Assembly: GCA_949300385.1 (NCBI GenBank)
Contig: CASGDZ010000002.1
Span: 111,758 to 175,757 of the forward strand
Source: an uncultured Christensenella sp.
GTDB lineage: Bacteria > Bacillota > Clostridia > Christensenellales > UBA1242
DNA: 64,000 bases
Direction: 5' to 3'
The translations under genes and the position numbers were made by a program. A model generated the notes under the pieces. The model did not search any database. It was given only the letters and a program-made list of their open reading frames with translations, and was not told the origin of the DNA. How positions within the stretch are numbered: position 1 is the first letter of the stretch; each line of letters opens with the position of its first letter. Below, piece after piece: positions 20,436 to 30,709 of the stretch.

Positions 20436-23400
20436 ATGAGGAAGTTATCTCAAAAGACTGCGACAATCACGATAAAGAGTTTTATCGCGTTTTTGATGGT
20501 GTCTGTACTTGTTTTATCTGGAGTGGGCATATATTTTGCTAACAAGAAGCCATCAAGTTTAGTAGTCAACCCATTAGATTGGTCGACAGATGTTTTTGAC
20601 GGCGAGTACGACGCGACAGAAGGAAAGAATGATTATTCGTCAAGCAACGACTTTGCTAATCGTGGAGATATGACATACACGATAGACAGCGTCGATTCTT
20701 TCTTATATTTTATAAGTATTGTCAACGATGCAGAAGCGGCTGCGCGAGATTATAACTATTTTAAGGACTATACAGTCTATCTCAATAAAAATATTGACCT
20801 TAACGGATACACCATTGACTCAATAGGTGTATTAGGCGAAGGTGGTATACCTACTTTCCAAGGGACATTCGACGGATCATACTACACAATATTCAATGCC
20901 AACATAAATGGTAATGGACTTTTTGCGTATACTCGCAATGCAACTATAAAAAATATAGGTTTATATAACTGCACAATCAATAGTGACGTAAAATATACTG
21001 GTGGCATTTTAGGTTATGCAGAAAATCCTATTGTTAGTGAAGTATACATATTTGGCGGTTCTATTAATTCAAGCGCAGATTCAAACACTACAGCAGGGAT
21101 TATAGGGCAGGCATTAATAACAGAGACATATACTAGCGGCATAATTGCCAATTCATTCGCAAACACAACTTTAAATGGCACGACTCGTGCGGGACTTATT
21201 GGTAGCATAATTGATTCACAAACATTTGATCAACAATCAAATACAGAGCAAGATTCAACCGATTTGGAAATGCCAGATCAAGATGTTTCTGATACAGAAG
21301 ATGTGGACAAAATAACACTATCAATTACATATTCATATTATACAAACGCAGGCAGTTTGTATGCGAATAAATCTGAAAATATGATTATCGAGAGCAAAAC
21401 TGTGCTTTCTAACCCAACTCGCGGCGTATTTGTAGCATGGCCAACATATAAGAGCGAGTATGATCTTTCGTTCGATTGGTGTGATTATTCATACATGAAG
21501 AATAGCACAAAACGCGATTTTAATTTGCCAATACAGACAGGTTTTAATAAAGTCTTCATGAAAGGTAGTTTCTATGAGAATACCATATATAATGAAACTA
21601 CAGGTGAGTTCGGGAATGCAGAATCTTTAAATAGTGCAATTGATACAATCGCGCCTAACCAAATTGGTGAAATTAATATAGTAGTTGAAAAAATCTATGT
21701 AGATGAGCCTACAATAATCTCGGCAGATATTGGAGTTAATTTTTACGCTGCAAAAGAAACGACTTTGCTTAGAGGTGAAAATCTTACAGATGCAATGATT
21801 GTAGTGGGTGAGAATGCCAAGCTCGCATTAGGAGACGATGAATCCGAGCATATAATAATAGACGGAAATAGAGAGTATGTCGAAGCTAACAATTTGAAAT
21901 CCTCCGCAGCCATTGTGTGCTATGGAAATAGCGGTGGCGAGTTTGATAATGTTACAATATGTAACAATGTAAACAATATGGACGGCAAAGGTGGGTTGAT
22001 AGCCATATTGGACAAAGAAGAAGCCAATGAAGTCGAAACAGTTAGAAACAATTTATCTGCTCTCCGCTCAACAAATCAAATAAGCACACTCAGCTCTGCC
22101 GTGACTGTTACTTTAAGCATTTATAATCTTCCAGCAACTTCGACTTTAACAGGCGGAAGTGCGACATATGGTGGTGGTCTTTATGCTTCGAGATCTACAT
22201 TAAGATCAATAAATATCTTAGGTACTATAACAAATAATACTGCGACTTATTATGGGGGTGGAGCCTATATTACTGTATCAAATACAAGGCTATCGGTATC
22301 TTTTCGTTCAACATCTGTAGTATCAGAAAATACGGCAAGAAGTGGCGGCGGAATATATTATACTGGTTCAACGACTCTAACAATAGCGGGAAGTATTATT
22401 AACAATGATGCCACCTCTACATCGTCGAGTTACGGAGAAGGAGGAGGAATCTACTCTACCAAAGCTATAACAGTAGAAGATACAGGCGAAATATCTGGAA
22501 ATACTGCAACAAATAATGGTGGCGGAATTCGTATTACTGCAAGTTCAACGGCTGTTTTAAGCGTATCAGGTTTAATTTCAGAAAATTCTTCGATAAATGG
22601 AGGAGGAATTTATATCGATGGATCGGCGACGCTAAGTTTAACTTCAGTATCACAAATTACAAATAATTCTGCAACTTATGGCGGAGGAATATTAGTAGAG
22701 GATACTTCTATAACTATTTCTGGTGAAATATCAGGTAATTCTGCAACAAATGGTGGTGGAATTTATGGAACGACTTCTGCTGATGATGGCATAGTATATA
22801 TATCTGTTGAGAGTACAGGTAAAATAGCCTCGAATACAGCAAATTATGGTGGAGGAGCATATGTAATAGGCTCTGCTGTAACGCTTTCAGGAGAGATATC
22901 TGGAAATATTGCTAGTTGGTATGGTGGAGGATTATACATTGCTTCGGGTACAGCGACCATTTCAGGTTCAGGAACAATATCAGGCAACACTGCTCAATAT
23001 GGTGGTGGTATATATAAAGGGGGCGGTACTGTAAATGGAGCGACTACTTCAACTGTATATAATAATACGGCATCCGTTGCAGGAAACAACACTTATGGCA
23101 TGGGGTATAAAACCATTAATTTATATTCAGCAAGTTCAACTTATACTTCAGAAAAAGTATACTATTTAGACACTTATACTTTCCCAACAACAGCGTCAAA
23201 GAGTGGATTTACATTTGCATTTTGGAGCACTAGTTCATCTAGTACAAGTTCATCTTATAAAGTAACTTCATATACAAATACAACGACATCTTCGTCGACA
23301 CTAAATAGATATGCAGTGTTTAGTAGATACTTAATGGCTTATGATGGCTATGCGAACGAACAAACAAGTTATCATCTATACACAACTGCAGCTAATACAA

Positions 23401-26400
23401 GTACTTCTTTCACAGTATCGCCAACTAGTTACACAGGATATTATTTTGAGGGTTGGGTAACAAGTACTACAAGTGTAACAGATAACACTCAAACAAAACC
23501 ATCATTCTATTCAAAATCAAAAACAACTATATCATCTAATGTCGCTTCATTAAGTTTAACGGCTATTTATTCAAAATACTGGTATTTTTATGGTTATGAC
23601 AAAGATTATGATGAAGATTTAGAATTTTCTTATATTACATATTATAAAGGAAATTCTGGAATTGAAAGTTTAAGTTATAATTTAACTTTCACATTACCTT
23701 CAAATTATGTTCCTTCTGGATATTCATTTTATGGTTGGTCTTCAGTCTCCCCTACTAATACTGCAACTTATGTGGGTAGTACTGTAACCTCATACAATAA
23801 ACAAAATGATTGGAATAATTATTATGCAGTATATAAAAAGCAAATAACATATTATTACAATTCGACATCAAAAACGCAATCATATTATTATGCCTATAAT
23901 ACTTATGGAAGCAAAACATTGACATTGTCTATAACGACGCCATCAGGATATAGTTATGTAGGATTAACGACAACAAGTAATGTATCTGCGAATACTTCTA
24001 CTAAACCTACTTTGCTAAGTACATCTACAAGTGTAACTTCTGCAAGTGCAAGTATGACAGTATATGCTGTATATAGTAGATATTTTGCATATTATATTCG
24101 TGACTGGAATGAGTTCACTCATTATTATCCATATAATGTGAGCGCGAATGCAAGTTATTCATTCTCAATAAGTGTAGGTACTCCAAGCGGATATGATTTT
24201 GCAGGTTGGGTAAATGATGGTACAACTATTACAGATGGTACAACAACTAAACCTAGTTTATTATCTACATCTAAAACCAGTTATTCAACTACAACAGCGT
24301 CAACCAAAATTACTGCAATACTTTATAAAAATTGGTATTTCTATGGATATAACGGAAATGATCTAGTATTAACCTATTACAATGCAACTTCAGCATCTGA
24401 TGATAATACTGAATATTATACATATACAATATCAAGTGGTAGAATAACGCCTGGGTTTAATTTCTATGGATGGACAACAGAGTCGGAAGGTACAAGCGCG
24501 GATTATGTCGCATCAAGTAATAGTACAAAACTACCATCAGAAAGTATAACGGTACGCTTCTATGCAGTGTTTACTAGGACATGGACATTTAAATATGGGT
24601 TGAATCTTGAAAGCACATATACAATAAAAGGTTATTATCCATATAATGTCGGTGCAAATGCAAGTTATACAAAATCTTACACTCCGCCAGCAATTACCGG
24701 ATATACATTTGACGGATGGACAACGAGTACTTCAGGAGCTTCTGCGTCTGGAAGCAATGCAACATTGACATCTACTTCTTCAGCGACATTTAATGCAACA
24801 TACAGCAGAAATGAGTATTATTTAGATCTTAATGGAACTATAAATGGTAATTCTCAAAGTAATATCAGCGGTGGCGGAACAGCAAATGTTTATATCAAGG
24901 AACCGGGCGACTCAGACTTTACATTAGTTTCATCTAATGTAACAGATTATTATAAAGCATGGCCTTATCAAACTGAGTATAAAATTGTTGTGACTGCAAC
25001 TAATTCAGCTCAATATTATGTAGGCACATCATCAGATTGTGATCAATCTAGTTATACATTTACGGGTACTATACAAACTTCGAATGTTGAAGTAAAACCG
25101 GTATTCGTATTAAGAACTTACTGGACGGATATAAATATTTTAAATCCAAATGGTAGTCAAGACTATGCGTCTGGTACTATTGATATTACTTATTCAAATG
25201 GTAAAACATTTAACGATATGAACAACGAACCTGAGGGAAATGATCAAATATCTTTACCATATGGCGCGACAATAACCATATCAGATATAAAGCCTGCAAC
25301 GGGATATACATTAGATAAAGTAAAAATGCAATCGGGTTCAATTACTAACAATAATAACGGATCTTATACTTATACTGTAATTGGCACAGATGTTATAATT
25401 GTACAAATGAAATGGATCAAATCTACTTTAACAATCAATCCAAACGGTGGATCATATGACGGAAGTACAAGTAACAAAACAATTACTCAAAATTATGGTA
25501 CAACTTATTCATTAGCAACACCAACAAGAACAGGATATACATTCGGCGGTTGGACACTATCAGGCAAAGGAGCATTATCTGGAAGTGCATATACATTTGG
25601 AGCAGGCGCTGCATCATTGACTGCTCAATGGACTGCGGAAAATTATACGGTTAACTTTAACGCAAACGGCGGAACATTAACAGGTAAAACAAGTGTTACT
25701 ACTACATACGCGAGTGGCTCATACAATGCAATATCTGCGAGCGTGACTACAACCGCACCAACAGGATATGTATTTGCTGGTTGGTATACTCAAGCCAACG
25801 GTGGAGAACAAGTATATGACGCAAGCGGTAACGCAATAAGCGGAACATACTGGAATAGTAACAAGCAATGGATAAAAGATCTTGGAAATAACGGCGCAAG
25901 CATGACTCTTTATGCTCATTGGGAAAGGCAAAGCTATTATCTTGACATTTTAAATGGTAACGTTGATGGTGTACACTATGACAATGTAGAAAATATTGCG
26001 ACAGCTAATGTGTGGGTAAAAGAAGTAGGAAGTTCTGATTTCAAGTTAGTTGCAGAAAACGTTACCGATTATTATATAAAGTGGCCTCATGAAACAGAAT
26101 ATAAGATTACAATTACAGTAAATAATAGTAGTCAATATTTTGTTGGGACGTCAACAGACTGCGATCAATCTTCTTGGACATTTACAGGTAAAATTAATGC
26201 CAAAGATGAAGTAATTATTACTTATTTCAAGACAAGAACATATACAGTATCATTCAATGTGTCTCCTGAGCAAGCTGGTACATTGACCGCTTATTCTATA
26301 AATAATGTGCCATATGGTTCAAGTATTACAAAAAATAGCAATAACATAACTATTAATGGCACGACTATAACTGCTATTGCTAATACTTCCGACATAGAAT

Positions 26401-29400
26401 ATTCTTATTCATTTGCTGAATGGTTGAATGCTGATGGCACAATTACAGGTGCAAGAACAATAACTGCCCAATTCGATTCAACTAGAAAAACGGGTTCTAT
26501 AGAGATGTCTTTCGGTGGAGATGGATTAGGTGAAGTTATTGTTGAGCCAGATGATGCAGTTGACAATAATACAATTTCTAATGTAAATATTAATGAGATT
26601 ATACATGTTGACGGAGATGTATTAACTATAGGTATATATACAATAACTGCTGTCCCACATAATGCTGATGATCAGTACACTTACACATTTGGCGGATGGT
26701 CAGTAGAAGATGGTGATAGAGTTTATAATGGACTAGTTATTACTGTAACATTTAATAGACATATCAAGAATTATACTGTACAATTTGATGTTAATGACGA
26801 AGATTTAGGATCGGTAGATAGAACATCGATATCAGTAAATTATGGAACAAGTATAATTGTAAACGCAAATAAATTAACAATCGGTGATTACATAATAACA
26901 GCAACCCCTACAGCAATTGAAGGATACACTACAACATTCGAAAGTTGGACAAATGCAAGCGGGAATATAACTGGTAATAGGACAATAGTTGCGAACTTTG
27001 ATAGGGAAATAAATCATTTTGATGTGGTTATAAATGTAAATAATACATCTTATGGAAAAGTTAATAACACAAATAGTGTAACTTTAAGTGTTCCTTACAA
27101 TACAACTTATTCAGCGTCAGGGAATACACTTGTATTTAATGGTGTTGAAAATGGAACAATTACAGCAACAGCCAATACTCAAACTGATCAATATAGTTTT
27201 GCTTTTGAAAGTTGGTCAAGTACAAGTGGAACAATCACAGGCGAGACAACTATAACTGCTAACTTTATAGCAGAATTAAGGGAATATGATATTCACTTTG
27301 CAGTTAATCCTAGTGATTATGGCTCAGTAAATATTAATATTATTGAAAAAGTGCCTTTCGGTAGCGCTATAACTATAAATGACAATACAATTTCAATCAA
27401 CGGAACAACTATAACAGCTACTCCTGAAGATGCAACAGATGAGTTTACATATAAATTTGTAAATTGGACTAACGCAACAGGTAGCGTAACGGGAGAAAGA
27501 ACAATCACAGCTAATTTCACTCGTACTACAAATGCTTACGATGTATTATTTGAAGCAAAACCTGATGGCTACGGAACTGTAAGCAAGACAATAATAGAAG
27601 ATGTAGAATATGGAACTAACATTTCGGTAAATGGATCATCTATAACAATAGGGAACAACACAATCAGTGCAAATCCAACTACTGCGGACGATCAATATAC
27701 ATACAAATTTGTAAGTTGGTCAGTTGAGGATGGGGACAAGGTTGTTCCAAACATGACAATTATTGCTACATTTGATCGTGAAGTTAATAATTATGAAGTA
27801 ACTATTAATGTAAACAATAGCAACTATGGAACAGTTAATAATGCTGAAAGTGTTAAACTAACTGTACCTTATGGTACAACATTTACAACTACTAAAAATA
27901 CATTGACTATTGCAGATAATCAGACAATTACTGCCATAGCAACAGATTCTGAAGATCAATATTCATACACATTTACAGGTTGGTCAGTAGAAAGCGGAAC
28001 AATAACTTCAAATACAATAATTACAGCAAACTTCGCTCAAAATGTTAATACGTATACAATTGAGTTGCAAATTAACAACTCTGAATATGGAACATTAACT
28101 CAAACTAAGGTTGAAAATGTGCCATATGGTACAGCATTTAGTATGAATAATGGAACGCTCACAATTGATACAAAACCAAACGCAACAATTGTTACGGCGA
28201 ATGCTAAACCACAAACTGCTCAATTCGTATTCGCATTCAAAAATTGGACGAATGAAGCGGGTTCGGCTATTACAAACGGCATAGTTGAGGGTAACTTAAA
28301 GTTAACAGCAAACTTCACTGCTACTATAAGACAATATAAAGTAAATATTGTGGTGGCAGAAGATAGTGAAGGATTTGGATCAGTAACTCCAACTACCGTT
28401 ACAGTAAATTATGATTCTGACATAATAGATAACGGAACGGAAACTTTGACTATCGGCGGACAATCTGTCACAGCAACTCCAACTAGCGAAAATTATACCT
28501 TTGATTATTGGACTATTCCAAATGAAAAAGTGCAAGGCGAGATGACAATTTCAGCGCACTTTGCAAGATTATATGATTTGACATATAGTGTTGTTGGTGC
28601 TAGTGAAAGCAATGATTATTCATTAGTAATACAAAACAAACAAGGACAAACAGAACAAACTATTACCAAGTCAATGATGGATAGCGATGGTTCGGTAAAA
28701 GTCCAAGAAGGATTTAGAGTACTAATAAATGCTACTACAAATACAAACGCAGATCAAAATGTATACCAGTTGTTGTACACTTATGTTGATGACGTTCTAA
28801 CTACTGGCTCTCCAGTTGCTAAAGATTTAACAAATGTACCTGGAGCAACTATTGTTATGAATAACAACAGAGAGATAGAACTTCAGTTTGTTGAAGCATA
28901 TGTAATCGATACATCAAGCGAGTCGGGAATTGAAGCGATAATATCTGTAAATGATCCTACAAATAGTGCTTCATTAGGAAATGAAACAATTATCGCTAAA
29001 AATTCTGAAATTACGGTTACTATTCCAAAATCAGTGGAAGACGAAGGATACTTCTACATTGGTTTTAAATATGTTGCGAACGGCAAAGAAAATACAATAT
29101 TTAGTAATACTAATAGTCCGGACGATTTCACTTATGTAGGTGGTAGTGATGGATATAAATATACAACTACTAGTGTTTCTCCAGAAAGCATAAAAGTCTT
29201 GAGAGAAAAGACAGTCGAAATTAATGGAAGTATACTATCAGAATATAATTATACTACAATAACATTAACTTCAAAAGATTATGGCTATGTGAGAGAAATA
29301 ACAATAGGCTCTGATTCTGCAAATTGGAAATTGTTTAGTGGAACATGGTTAATCGAGTGCTATGATAGTGCAATACTAGAAAATATTGCTAATACATTAA

Positions 29401-29459
29401 TCTTAAATGGTTATAATGCAACGATCTTAGAAGGAATACTATATTTAGAACTCGAATAA
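20436..29459 (+). CDS. 3,007-aa mosaic surface protein: N-terminal TM anchor, GLUG-like module, PMP-type beta-helix repeats, S/T/Y-rich degenerate repeats, Listeria-Bacteroides (Flg_new) repeats, divergent InlB-B-like repeats
   Basis: SD GGGAGG upstream of the ATG. N-terminal IAFLMVSVLVLSGVGIYFA. Repeat families listed as separate features. Ends TAA followed by a terminator. Confidence 0.95.
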   Translation: MRKLSQKTATITIKSFIAFLMVSVLVLSGVGIYFANKKPSSLVVNPLDWSTDVFDGEYDATEGKNDYSSSNDFANRGDMTYTIDSVDSFLYFISIVNDAEAAARDYNYFKDYTVYLNKNIDLNGYTIDSIGVLGEGGIPTFQGTFDGSYYTIFNANINGNGLFAYTRNATIKNIGLYNCTINSDVKYTGGILGYAENPIVSEVYIFGGSINSSADSNTTAGIIGQALITETYTSGIIANSFANTTLNGTTRAGLIGSIIDSQTFDQQSNTEQDSTDLEMPDQDVSDTEDVDKITLSITYSYYTNAGSLYANKSENMIIESKTVLSNPTRGVFVAWPTYKSEYDLSFDWCDYSYMKNSTKRDFNLPIQTGFNKVFMKGSFYENTIYNETTGEFGNAESLNSAIDTIAPNQIGEINIVVEKIYVDEPTIISADIGVNFYAAKETTLLRGENLTDAMIVVGENAKLALGDDESEHIIIDGNREYVEANNLKSSAAIVCYGNSGGEFDNVTICNNVNNMDGKGGLIAILDKEEANEVETVRNNLSALRSTNQISTLSSAVTVTLSIYNLPATSTLTGGSATYGGGLYASRSTLRSINILGTITNNTATYYGGGAYITVSNTRLSVSFRSTSVVSENTARSGGGIYYTGSTTLTIAGSIINNDATSTSSSYGEGGGIYSTKAITVEDTGEISGNTATNNGGGIRITASSTAVLSVSGLISENSSINGGGIYIDGSATLSLTSVSQITNNSATYGGGILVEDTSITISGEISGNSATNGGGIYGTTSADDGIVYISVESTGKIASNTANYGGGAYVIGSAVTLSGEISGNIASWYGGGLYIASGTATISGSGTISGNTAQYGGGIYKGGGTVNGATTSTVYNNTASVAGNNTYGMGYKTINLYSASSTYTSEKVYYLDTYTFPTTASKSGFTFAFWSTSSSSTSSSYKVTSYTNTTTSSSTLNRYAVFSRYLMAYDGYANEQTSYHLYTTAANTSTSFTVSPTSYTGYYFEGWVTSTTSVTDNTQTKPSFYSKSKTTISSNVASLSLTAIYSKYWYFYGYDKDYDEDLEFSYITYYKGNSGIESLSYNLTFTLPSNYVPSGYSFYGWSSVSPTNTATYVGSTVTSYNKQNDWNNYYAVYKKQITYYYNSTSKTQSYYYAYNTYGSKTLTLSITTPSGYSYVGLTTTSNVSANTSTKPTLLSTSTSVTSASASMTVYAVYSRYFAYYIRDWNEFTHYYPYNVSANASYSFSISVGTPSGYDFAGWVNDGTTITDGTTTKPSLLSTSKTSYSTTTASTKITAILYKNWYFYGYNGNDLVLTYYNATSASDDNTEYYTYTISSGRITPGFNFYGWTTESEGTSADYVASSNSTKLPSESITVRFYAVFTRTWTFKYGLNLESTYTIKGYYPYNVGANASYTKSYTPPAITGYTFDGWTTSTSGASASGSNATLTSTSSATFNATYSRNEYYLDLNGTINGNSQSNISGGGTANVYIKEPGDSDFTLVSSNVTDYYKAWPYQTEYKIVVTATNSAQYYVGTSSDCDQSSYTFTGTIQTSNVEVKPVFVLRTYWTDINILNPNGSQDYASGTIDITYSNGKTFNDMNNEPEGNDQISLPYGATITISDIKPATGYTLDKVKMQSGSITNNNNGSYTYTVIGTDVIIVQMKWIKSTLTINPNGGSYDGSTSNKTITQNYGTTYSLATPTRTGYTFGGWTLSGKGALSGSAYTFGAGAASLTAQWTAENYTVNFNANGGTLTGKTSVTTTYASGSYNAISASVTTTAPTGYVFAGWYTQANGGEQVYDASGNAISGTYWNSNKQWIKDLGNNGASMTLYAHWERQSYYLDILNGNVDGVHYDNVENIATANVWVKEVGSSDFKLVAENVTDYYIKWPHETEYKITITVNNSSQYFVGTSTDCDQSSWTFTGKINAKDEVIITYFKTRTYTVSFNVSPEQAGTLTAYSINNVPYGSSITKNSNNITINGTTITAIANTSDIEYSYSFAEWLNADGTITGARTITAQFDSTRKTGSIEMSFGGDGLGEVIVEPDDAVDNNTISNVNINEIIHVDGDVLTIGIYTITAVPHNADDQYTYTFGGWSVEDGDRVYNGLVITVTFNRHIKNYTVQFDVNDEDLGSVDRTSISVNYGTSIIVNANKLTIGDYIITATPTAIEGYTTTFESWTNASGNITGNRTIVANFDREINHFDVVINVNNTSYGKVNNTNSVTLSVPYNTTYSASGNTLVFNGVENGTITATANTQTDQYSFAFESWSSTSGTITGETTITANFIAELREYDIHFAVNPSDYGSVNINIIEKVPFGSAITINDNTISINGTTITATPEDATDEFTYKFVNWTNATGSVTGERTITANFTRTTNAYDVLFEAKPDGYGTVSKTIIEDVEYGTNISVNGSSITIGNNTISANPTTADDQYTYKFVSWSVEDGDKVVPNMTIIATFDREVNNYEVTINVNNSNYGTVNNAESVKLTVPYGTTFTTTKNTLTIADNQTITAIATDSEDQYSYTFTGWSVESGTITSNTIITANFAQNVNTYTIELQINNSEYGTLTQTKVENVPYGTAFSMNNGTLTIDTKPNATIVTANAKPQTAQFVFAFKNWTNEAGSAITNGIVEGNLKLTANFTATIRQYKVNIVVAEDSEGFGSVTPTTVTVNYDSDIIDNGTETLTIGGQSVTATPTSENYTFDYWTIPNEKVQGEMTISAHFARLYDLTYSVVGASESNDYSLVIQNKQGQTEQTITKSMMDSDGSVKVQEGFRVLINATTNTNADQNVYQLLYTYVDDVLTTGSPVAKDLTNVPGATIVMNNNREIELQFVEAYVIDTSSESGIEAIISVNDPTNSASLGNETIIAKNSEITVTIPKSVEDEGYFYIGFKYVANGKENTIFSNTNSPDDFTYVGGSDGYKYTTTSVSPESIKVLREKTVEINGSILSEYNYTTITLTSKDYGYVREITIGSDSANWKLFSGTWLIECYDSAILENIANTLILNGYNATILEGILYLELE
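22146..23100 (+). repeat. About 12 polymorphic-membrane-protein-like (PMP / right-handed beta-helix) repeats
   Basis: Recurring ~25-aa unit ..(I/V)SGN(T/S)A..(Y)GGG(I/L/A)Y.. (ATYGGGLYA, YYGGGAYI, RSGGGIYY, GEGGGIYS, NNGGGIRI, INGGGIYI, TYGGGILV, TNGGGIYG, NYGGGAYV, WYGGGLYI, QYGGGIYK). Confidence 0.6.
25420..25928 (+). repeat. Two canonical Listeria-Bacteroides (Flg_new / InlB B-type) repeats
   Basis: LTINPNGGSYDG...PTRTGYTFGGWT...LTAQW and YTVNFNANGGTL...APTGYVFAGWYT...MTLYAHWE. Confidence 0.7.
26230..28575 (+). repeat. Nine tandem ~85-90 aa divergent InlB-B-like repeats
   Basis: Each unit has the pattern Y.V.F.VN...YG.V......VPYGT......N.LTI....ITA.P....DQY.Y.F..W......G.IT...TI.ANF. Unit starts include RTYTVSFNV, NYTVQFDV, HFDVVINV, EYDIHFAV, AYDVLFEA, NYEVTINV, TYTIELQI and QYKVNIVV. 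Confidence 0.65.
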
Positions 29460-29487
29460 AAAGAGGATAAAATATCCTCTTTTTTAT
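29460..29487 (+). terminator. Intrinsic terminator of the 3,007-aa gene
   Basis: AGAGGATA-aaa-TATCCTCT (29462-29480) followed by tttttt. Confidence 0.8.
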
Positions 29488-29658
29488 TTTTTTAATTTTA
29501 CAATAATAAAAAATTGAAATAATATAAAAAAATAAGCCAAAAATCTTTTTATTTAAAATAATTTTTAATTATAATTATATAAATATTAAAAATTTATTTT
29601 TATAATTTTCAAGATAATTTACCACTGAAAATATTTTTTTAAAATTGTTAATTATAAT

Positions 29659-30405
29659 ATGAAAAATAAATTTATAAATAATTTAAAAGAATTTATATTA
29701 AACTTAATTTATCCTAAACATATTAAGTGTATTTTTTGTGATGAAGAATTGGACGAAAGGGCAAAATTTGATACCTGTTACAAATGTGCTGGCAATTTAC
29801 CATATATTACTAGACCATGTTTAAGATGTGGGAAACAAATAAATGAAGGGAACGATCTAGTGTGTTATGATTGTAAGAAAGTAAATTATTCATTCATCAG
29901 CGCGCATAGTGTCTTTGAATATAAAGACGAGATTATATCAGCAGTCCATAAATTTAAATATTCATCACAAAAATTTCTGTATGAGCCATTTGCTGAGTAT
30001 ATGTGCGAAAAGTTTGCTACACTCAATCTATCCCCTGACATTATTACAGCCGTTCCGCTGCATATAAATCGTGAACGCGAACGAGGATACAACCAAGCAA
30101 AATTATTAGCGACCTTTATATCTAAAAAATTTAATATGAAATATTTAGACCTTTGCGAAAAGATAAAGGATAATACGAGTCAGACCGAATTAGATTATAA
30201 AATGAGACAAGAAAATGTTAAAGATGTTTATAAATTGTTGAAAAACGAACGAAAATTTATTAAGGGAAAGTCAATTTTGCTTATAGATGATATTTTTACA
30301 ACGGGAGCCACAACTAATGAAATTTCAAAATTGTTAAAAAGTGCTGGCGCAAAAGAAATAAACATTTTGACTTTTGCACACGCGCAACATAATATTAAAT
30401 ATTAG
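29659..30405 (+). CDS. comFC: ComF-family protein (ComFC-like, phosphoribosyltransferase fold)
   Basis: N-terminal Cys pairs (CIFCDE, CYKC, CLRCGK, CYDC). Also PLH..RERERGYNQAKLLA and the C-terminal PRTase motif ILLIDDIFTTGATTNE. No SD upstream. Confidence 0.85.
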   Translation: MKNKFINNLKEFILNLIYPKHIKCIFCDEELDERAKFDTCYKCAGNLPYITRPCLRCGKQINEGNDLVCYDCKKVNYSFISAHSVFEYKDEIISAVHKFKYSSQKFLYEPFAEYMCEKFATLNLSPDIITAVPLHINRERERGYNQAKLLATFISKKFNMKYLDLCEKIKDNTSQTELDYKMRQENVKDVYKLLKNERKFIKGKSILLIDDIFTTGATTNEISKLLKSAGAKEINILTFAHAQHNIKY

Positions 30406-30709
30406 TTAATAATAATTTTTCTGTTTAAAATTCAAAATCTTAAAAAATTTATAAAAATTTATAAATAATAATAAAAAATATATTAAATTTTAATGAAAAT
30501 TTAAAATAATTGAAAATTTTATTTAAAATTTAATATTTAAATTTATCAAATAATTAATATTCAAATGATTTTATTAATAAAAATTTCATAAAAAATAAAG
30601 CAATTTTTGATATAAAAATTATTTAAATTTAATAAACAATAAAATAAAAATATTAAAAATCAAAAAATAAAAAAACACTATTAATTATATTTTCAATAAT
30701 TATAGCGTT

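Noticed and set aside
21014-27520. Antisense ORFs inside the 3,007-aa gene (21014-21208, 25719-25931, 27317-27520), plus 19554-19784 opposite the lipoprotein gene
   Set aside because: They are fully nested in better-supported genes, have no SD and show low-complexity translations.
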